Made by a program: the position numbers and the translations under genes. Shown here in pieces: positions 54,461 to 59,824 of a DNA stretch of 59,824 bases. Each line of letters opens with the position of its first letter. Position 1 is the stretch's first letter. This DNA is from Gemmatimonadota bacterium (GTDB lineage Bacteria; Gemmatimonadota; Gemmatimonadetes; Gemmatimonadales; GWC2-71-9). The stretch lies in contig JBKPOS010000010.1 of the NCBI GenBank assembly GCA_046733215.1, positions 1 through 59,824 of the forward strand. Direction: 5' to 3'. The notes under the pieces are model-generated. The model was not told where the DNA came from, did not search any database, and saw only the letters and a program-made list of their open reading frames with translations.

Positions 54461-55479
54461 CACTTACGGTCTCCGAGTTCGATGGGGTTGCGGAGGTCTG
54501 GGATGGCTTCGCACGCCAGCACGAGGGCTGGACCCACTTTCACCTGTATGGGTGGAAGCGAATCATGGAAAGCGTGCTCGAGCACGAATGCCTGTACTTG
54601 GCGGCCCGCGATCGCTCCGGAATGTTGCAGGGTGTGCTGCCGCTGGTTCGAGTACGCAGCGCCGTTTTCGGCCACTTTCTGGTCTCGATGCCTTTCCTCA
54701 ACTACGGAGGACCACTCGGCTCAGCAGAGGCGATTCGCGCCTTAGCGGACCACGCCACCGCATTGGCTGACAAGGACCGCGTCAAGCTGCTCGAGATGCG
54801 AAGCCGCGTGCCGCTACCGCTCGAGCTGCCCGTATCGCACCGCAAGATCACGGTTGTGCTCGATCTCCCGGAGAAGGCCCCTGAGCTCTGGAGCCAGCTC
54901 GGCTCGAAACTGCGGAGCCAGGTCAAGCGACCCCAGAAGGAGGGTGTCGAGATGCGGTTTGGCCTTGAGGAGGTTGAGCCCTTTTTTGCTGTCTTCGCTC
55001 GACACATGCATGATCTGGGGACCCCGACGCAACCTAAAAGGCTGTTCCGCGCCGTGGCCGACGCATTTCCCGATAGCGTCTGGTTCGGCTGCGCGTACCA
55101 CCAGGGCCATCCAGTGGCCGGTGGAGTTGCGTTTCGATGGGCTCAGGAGATCGAGATGACCTGGGCTTCTTCCCTGACAGCCTACAACGCGATCGCGCCC
55201 AACATGCTGCTTTATTGGTCGTTCATGGAAAAGGCGGTAGCCGACCGCTTGGCTCTCTTCAATTTCGGGCGCTGCACGCCTGGTGTCGGTACACACCGCT
55301 TCAAGCGGCAATGGGGGTCGCGAGACGAGCCGTTATGGTGGTATCAACGGGGGCGAGAAACCGCCGCCACTCCCTCGCCGGACGACCCAGCGTTCGCTTG
55401 GGGACCTCGCCTCTGGCGCCGTCTGCCGCTTCCTCTTGCGACGGCGCTCGGTCCGCGTGTCGTTCGCCTGATCCCGTGA
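54457..55479 (+). CDS. FemAB-related (GNAT) protein, PEP-CTERM/exosortase-associated type
   Basis: FHLYGWK, GVLPLV.VRS..FG..LVSMPFLNYGG, HDLGTP, PNMLLYW, FNFGR, FKRQWG. Confidence 0.9.
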   Translation: MTLTVSEFDGVAEVWDGFARQHEGWTHFHLYGWKRIMESVLEHECLYLAARDRSGMLQGVLPLVRVRSAVFGHFLVSMPFLNYGGPLGSAEAIRALADHATALADKDRVKLLEMRSRVPLPLELPVSHRKITVVLDLPEKAPELWSQLGSKLRSQVKRPQKEGVEMRFGLEEVEPFFAVFARHMHDLGTPTQPKRLFRAVADAFPDSVWFGCAYHQGHPVAGGVAFRWAQEIEMTWASSLTAYNAIAPNMLLYWSFMEKAVADRLALFNFGRCTPGVGTHRFKRQWGSRDEPLWWYQRGRETAATPSPDDPAFAWGPRLWRRLPLPLATALGPRVVRLIP

Positions 55480-56669
55480 GGCTGCGAGCGCAGCCGCCGG
55501 TTCATTCCCCGATTGGGCCAGCAGCACTTCTCGCCGGCCTTCGCGCAGCTGTTTTCGGAAGCGCGACCGCGAGAACGCGTGTTGAACGCCTCCTGCTCGA
55601 TCGGTATCGGAGCCGCGGGGTGATCCTGACCGACAGCGGGACGACGGCGCTGAGTCTTGCGCTCCGGCTGGCTGTGGCGGAACGCCCGGGACCCGTTGCT
55701 CTTCCCGCATATTGTTGCTACGACATCGCCACGGCTACGGACGCCGCCCAGGTCGAGTTCGTGCTCTACGATATCGACCCGGCGACGCTCGGCCCCGATC
55801 CGGAGTCGCTCCGCGCGGCGCTCGATCGAGGCGCCCGAGTGGTCGTCGTCGTTCACCTCTACGGGATCCCGGTTGATCTCTCGTCCATCAAAACACTGAC
55901 GGCCCCGGCGGACGTCATCATCATCGAAGACGCGGCCCAAGGCGTGGGGGCGCGCTTGAACGGTCAACCTGTCGGAAGCTTCGGTCGATACGCCGTGCTT
56001 AGCTTTGGTCGCGGCAAGGGAATGACCGGGGGCAGGGGAGGTGCCCTCCTCACCAATGCTCCGGATGCTGCCGCACGTCTGACGGGGATGGGCGGCGTGT
56101 CAGGTGGGGCTTCGGGCAGCGGGCGGGATGCAGCCCTGCTTTTGGCCCAGTGGGTCCTCGCTCGGCCCTCACTCTACGGGGTGCCGCTGAGTCTGCCGTT
56201 CTTGCGTTTGGGTGAAACAGTCTACCGCGAGCCTACGGCGCCAGCGGCGCCGTCCGGATTCGCGCTCGGTACCCTGACGCGCACGCTCCACCTCGGAGAG
56301 GCCGAGGCTGAGCAACGCAGGGTCAATGCGGCGTGGCTCCTCCAGCGGCTTCCCGACAACGGGTTGGCTTCAGCTCCGCGTATGCCTACCGGCGCCCTAC
56401 CGGGCTTCCTTAGGTTGCCTCTGCTTGTGGACCCGGCGGCCCTATCCCGGTTTAGGGACGAGCAGTTGCGGAGTGTAGGCGTCTGGCGTGGATATCCCAC
56501 TGCGCTGCCGGATCTGAAAGGGTTCGGCTCCCGTCGGCGTGATCCGGAGCACGCAACGCCGGGCGCACGAATCCTGGCAGAGCGTCTTTTCACCCTTCCA
56601 ACCCATGGACTCTTGAATGACGAAAGTCGACGTGCGCTGGCGGTGCTGCTTGCTCCGACCAAGGACTAG
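55476..56669 (+). CDS. DegT/DnrJ/EryC1/StrS family aminotransferase
   Basis: DSGTTAL, VHLYG, IEDAAQ, SFGRGK, TLPTH; GTGA overlap. Confidence 0.85.
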   Translation: MRLRAQPPVHSPIGPAALLAGLRAAVFGSATARTRVERLLLDRYRSRGVILTDSGTTALSLALRLAVAERPGPVALPAYCCYDIATATDAAQVEFVLYDIDPATLGPDPESLRAALDRGARVVVVVHLYGIPVDLSSIKTLTAPADVIIIEDAAQGVGARLNGQPVGSFGRYAVLSFGRGKGMTGGRGGALLTNAPDAAARLTGMGGVSGGASGSGRDAALLLAQWVLARPSLYGVPLSLPFLRLGETVYREPTAPAAPSGFALGTLTRTLHLGEAEAEQRRVNAAWLLQRLPDNGLASAPRMPTGALPGFLRLPLLVDPAALSRFRDEQLRSVGVWRGYPTALPDLKGFGSRRRDPEHATPGARILAERLFTLPTHGLLNDESRRALAVLLAPTKD

Positions 56670-56775
56670 TGCGTCGCTATTAGGCTGGACGAGTACCTCA
56701 GGCCTCGGCTAATTGCATGCGCTCAGATTCACGCATGAACCTCGACAGCAGGCAACGCACCTGGATCGCCCAACT

Positions 56776-57585
56776 ATGAGCCTTCGAAATTTCGTGCAGC
56801 GGGGTGCAGGGCGGATCGCCCGGGAGTTTCGGCGCGCCGGCGGCGGACCTTTTCCCAGCCGACACGATCGGAGGCTGATAGTCCATTGCGCCCACCACCG
56901 GGTCGGTAGCGCCTGGTTTACGAGGGTGCTCAGGACCGTTGCGGAGCAGTATGGGTTGCATTTTCAGAACTGCACCCAGGCTGATCTTCGCCGAGATACG
57001 GACGTGTTCCTGCAGGACCACAGCCTCGTGGACCTAACCCAGCTGCCGCGGCATCGCGGCTCGCACATGATCCGCGATCCGAGAGATGTCATCGTATCGC
57101 GGTACTTCTTTCACCTGTGGACTGTCGAAACGTGGGTTCATGTCCCGGACGCAAAGTACGGCGGTCGCACCTACCAGGAGTACTTGAACTCGCTCGACCA
57201 GGAACAAGGGATTCTGGTTGAGATCGATCGATTCGTAGACTACGGCCTGGCGCATATGAGAGACTGGAACTACTCCAATCCTGATTTTCTCGAGCTTCGC
57301 TACGAGGCGATCATCAAGGACGAAGAGGCTGTCTTCCGGCGTCTGTTCGGCCACTATGGATTCCGCCCGGAAGCGATCGAACGCTCCGTCGAAATCGCAA
57401 AACAATTCAGCTTTGAGCGGCAGACCAAGCGCAAGGTCGGACAGGTAGAGGCAAAGTCGCACCTCCGGTCAGGTCGGCCGGGCGAGTGGCGGGATATACT
57501 GAGTGCGACTCATAAGGCCCGCTGCAAGGAGGCCTTTGGCGAGGTACTTATCAAGCTCGGGTATGAAACCGGCTATGACTGGTAG
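56776..57585 (+). CDS. Sulfotransferase domain protein
   Basis: HHRVGSAW (5'-PSB-like), IRDPRDVIVS (3'-PB), LRYE, RSGRPGEW. Confidence 0.82.
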   Translation: MSLRNFVQRGAGRIAREFRRAGGGPFPSRHDRRLIVHCAHHRVGSAWFTRVLRTVAEQYGLHFQNCTQADLRRDTDVFLQDHSLVDLTQLPRHRGSHMIRDPRDVIVSRYFFHLWTVETWVHVPDAKYGGRTYQEYLNSLDQEQGILVEIDRFVDYGLAHMRDWNYSNPDFLELRYEAIIKDEEAVFRRLFGHYGFRPEAIERSVEIAKQFSFERQTKRKVGQVEAKSHLRSGRPGEWRDILSATHKARCKEAFGEVLIKLGYETGYDW

Positions 57586-57724
57586 GTGGTCGGTGAAGAA
57601 AACCCGCCCGCAGATCGTCTTGATAACATGCTGTAGGACAATGGCTTGCCTTGGTCTTCTGCTTGAACTAAAGCCGCGCTAACCGTATTGTTTGACGGGA
57701 TGCGACGCACGCTGGGAGTGCAGC

Positions 57725-58717
57725 ATGATCGAGCGTTTTGCCCTCATCATCGGGGCGATGAAGTGCGGCACATCGAGCCTCTTCAATTACCTAGCGCAAC
57801 ACCCGGAGATTGCTGAATCGCGCCCGAAAGAGATCGGGTTCTTTGACAACGACGACCACTGGGCGCGTGGACGAGACTGGTACGAGGCCGCATGGCGCTG
57901 GGACCCGGCACAACACCGGGTGGCGTTGGAGGCATCCACGGGCTACACCAAAGTGCCCACTATGCCAAACGCCGCTGCGCGAATCGCGACCTATCCGGCG
58001 AAGTTCCAGTTCCTTTATATCATGCGGAATCCGCTGGATCGCTACGAGTCGCACTACAGCCACAAAGATGCGCGGAAGGAGCTTCAGCAGGCCCGAATTT
58101 CACTCAAAGAGGCTCTGAAAGATTTCGGCCATGCTCTGGTCGGGAGAGCGCGGTATGCTGGCCAGCGCAGCCCAGTTGATTGGGTCAAGGATTCCGGCCA
58201 CGAAGAGGTGCGAGCTGGGCTCCGACGTGCGCGAGTTCAGCTCAATCGGGCGCTGACCGACTTTGATCCCCACATGGTGGCGACATCTCAATATGCTCGC
58301 CAACTCGATGAGTACTACCAACGGTTTCCCGCTGGAGATATCCTGCTGCTCAATCTCGATGATCTCTCTGCCACGCCGCTGGTTGTGCTGCGGCGGATTT
58401 GCCAGTTCCTCGGGGTGGATCCCGATTTCCAATTCAGCGGAACCGATCGGCGGCACAACCGGTTCGATGACGCGCCAGGAACCCACCTGCGGGCGGAGGC
58501 GATTGCGCGTTCACCGGGTGTGAGTCGGGTGCTCCGGTTAGTCCCGAAATCGGCCAAACAGGCGGTCCGACGACTTCTGGCCAGGCGCCAATCCCACAAG
58601 CACGCTCGGCTTGACCCCCAGGAGCGACAGGCGCTGTTGGCTGTCCTGACGCCCGATCTGCGTCGGCTTCGGGACGAATTCGGATTTGATCCAGCCTGCT
58701 GGAACCTCCGAGTCTGA
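57725..58717 (+). CDS. Sulfotransferase
   Basis: IIGAMKCGTSSL..YL.QHPEI, KEIGFF, EASTGY, MRNPLDRYESHY. Confidence 0.88.
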   Translation: MIERFALIIGAMKCGTSSLFNYLAQHPEIAESRPKEIGFFDNDDHWARGRDWYEAAWRWDPAQHRVALEASTGYTKVPTMPNAAARIATYPAKFQFLYIMRNPLDRYESHYSHKDARKELQQARISLKEALKDFGHALVGRARYAGQRSPVDWVKDSGHEEVRAGLRRARVQLNRALTDFDPHMVATSQYARQLDEYYQRFPAGDILLLNLDDLSATPLVVLRRICQFLGVDPDFQFSGTDRRHNRFDDAPGTHLRAEAIARSPGVSRVLRLVPKSAKQAVRRLLARRQSHKHARLDPQERQALLAVLTPDLRRLRDEFGFDPACWNLRV

Positions 58718-58858
58718 CGCCTGACACTGATAGGGAGCGGCGAGAACGTGCTTGCCGCTTTTCACACGTACCGGGTCCTCGCGAACCTGGACCTGATTCT
58801 TCTCCCACGAGACGCCCCCGTTGACTCCGGGTTGAGCTGCTCTTCACGTGCCTGACTC

Positions 58859-59611
58859 ATGGCTTCCGCCTATTACCGCCTCGTCACCCGTCTCTTGCCC
58901 GAAGTCGAGTATCACCAGAACAAGTACGCCAAGAAGTTGGACACATTTCTGGGGGCGGGCCACCGTTGGCTGGATCTCGGCGCGGGCGCCAGCCTGCACG
59001 GAGGCTGGGGCGGAAGGTCTCAAGCGGACCTTGCTGGGCGGGCGAGTTTACTGGTGGGCTGCGACATGGAAGCCTATAGCTTGCGTGAGAACCCCTATCT
59101 TACCGCAGGGACGGTAGCCGATGGCGGGACGCTCCCATTTTCTGACTCGACTTTTGATCTCGTGACTGCGAACATGGTTCTTGAGCACTTGAGCGATCCC
59201 CTCGTGGTGTTTAAGGAAATAGCCCGAGTGCTCAGGCCCGGCGGCCGTTTCGTTTTCGTGACGCCGAATCGTGGGCACCCGGCCGTTCGTCTCTTGTCAC
59301 TAACCTTGTCCCGCGCCGCACGACGGCGCGTCGCCGCGATCCTCGAGAATCGCGAGCTCAAAGAGGTTTTCCCGACCTTCTATCGGGCAAACTCCCCGCA
59401 GGCGATTCTGGCAGCGGCAGTGCAAGCCAACCTTCGGGTTGTCGACCTGGAGGCCTTTTGCTCGTTTCCAATGATCAAGTTTGCTCTTCCGATGACTTGG
59501 CTGGAGTGCTGGTGGATACGCGTAACACTCCGTCCGTCACTGGAGCGCTTTCGGTCGAACATTGTGGGGTGCCTTGAACGACCTCACGGAGCGCTACCTC
59601 CTTTGCGATGA
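58859..59611 (+). CDS. Class I SAM-dependent methyltransferase
   Basis: LDLGAG, LPFSDSTFDLV, VLEHL, RVLRPGG, TPN. Confidence 0.88.
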   Translation: MASAYYRLVTRLLPEVEYHQNKYAKKLDTFLGAGHRWLDLGAGASLHGGWGGRSQADLAGRASLLVGCDMEAYSLRENPYLTAGTVADGGTLPFSDSTFDLVTANMVLEHLSDPLVVFKEIARVLRPGGRFVFVTPNRGHPAVRLLSLTLSRAARRRVAAILENRELKEVFPTFYRANSPQAILAAAVQANLRVVDLEAFCSFPMIKFALPMTWLECWWIRVTLRPSLERFRSNIVGCLERPHGALPPLR

Positions 59612-59824
59612 AGTCGGAGGCCCTGGAGCCTGAGGCTGTGTGGCGCCCCTGTGTCACCGCGCTCACCGCTGCAACTGCAGGAACTCTCCAGATTAGCGAA
59701 ACACGATTCAGCGTTAGAGGACCTAGGACTCCAGTCGGGTAGGACGCATTGGCTAAACGCTTGGGAGCCATGTGAATAGATGAAGCTCGAGCGTTTGATT
59801 GAACCTGGCCTCCCACCTCTTGCG

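Noticed and set aside
57652..57667. Sigma54-like TGGTCTTCTGCTTGAA before the second sulfotransferase
   Set aside because: The -12 element is GA rather than GC and the -24 match is weak.
59475..59816. Track ORF 59475..59816 (-)
   Set aside because: No recognisable motif and it overlaps the methyltransferase; the window end looks intergenic.

Overview
High-GC (roughly two-thirds G+C by eye) bacterial chromosomal segment. Gene content and order suggest phylum Gemmatimonadota (inference). Left part: dacB (partial) diverging from a tamA-tamB-lipid kinase unit, then an orphan sigma54 (NtrC-type) regulator, an 8-Cys microprotein, NlpC/P60, HAD, CYTH, an FTR1/cytochrome c iron permease with a Fur-like box, ABM and DinB. 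Middle: an ~18 kb minus-strand housekeeping run (GT9, DnaB-C-like paralog, yebC, ruvC, ruvA, Zn-ribbon microprotein, ruvB, queA, DinB, tgt, yajC, def, fmt, thiE/thiS/thiG, rsmB, PASTA, rpe, TlpA, YbbR, tsaD, lgt). This is followed by a PorX-like REC-PglZ regulator with glycosyltransferases, patatin, a class V aminotransferase, DUF853, tyrS, PBP1A, an amidohydrolase and argR. Right part: a surface-polysaccharide region (PEP-CTERM/exosortase-type deacetylase and FemAB, DegT, two sulfotransferases, methyltransferase). The most interesting signals are non-coding. (1) A complete sigma54 transcription unit (palindromic UAS-like site, IHF-like site, perfect -24/-12 promoter, ~145-nt structured RNA, intrinsic terminator) lies in the 16.1-16.4 kb gap and is a candidate novel sRNA. 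(2) A GEMM-I riboswitch carrying the A20 signature of 3',3'-cGAMP-sensing variants sits upstream of an Ig-like/lyase lipoprotein. (3) Inverted 7-nt tandem-repeat arrays lie at gene junctions, one set bracketing a DinB gene inserted between queA and tgt. No rRNA, tRNA, CRISPR array or transposase was seen. All calls come from reading motifs by eye; no searches were run.
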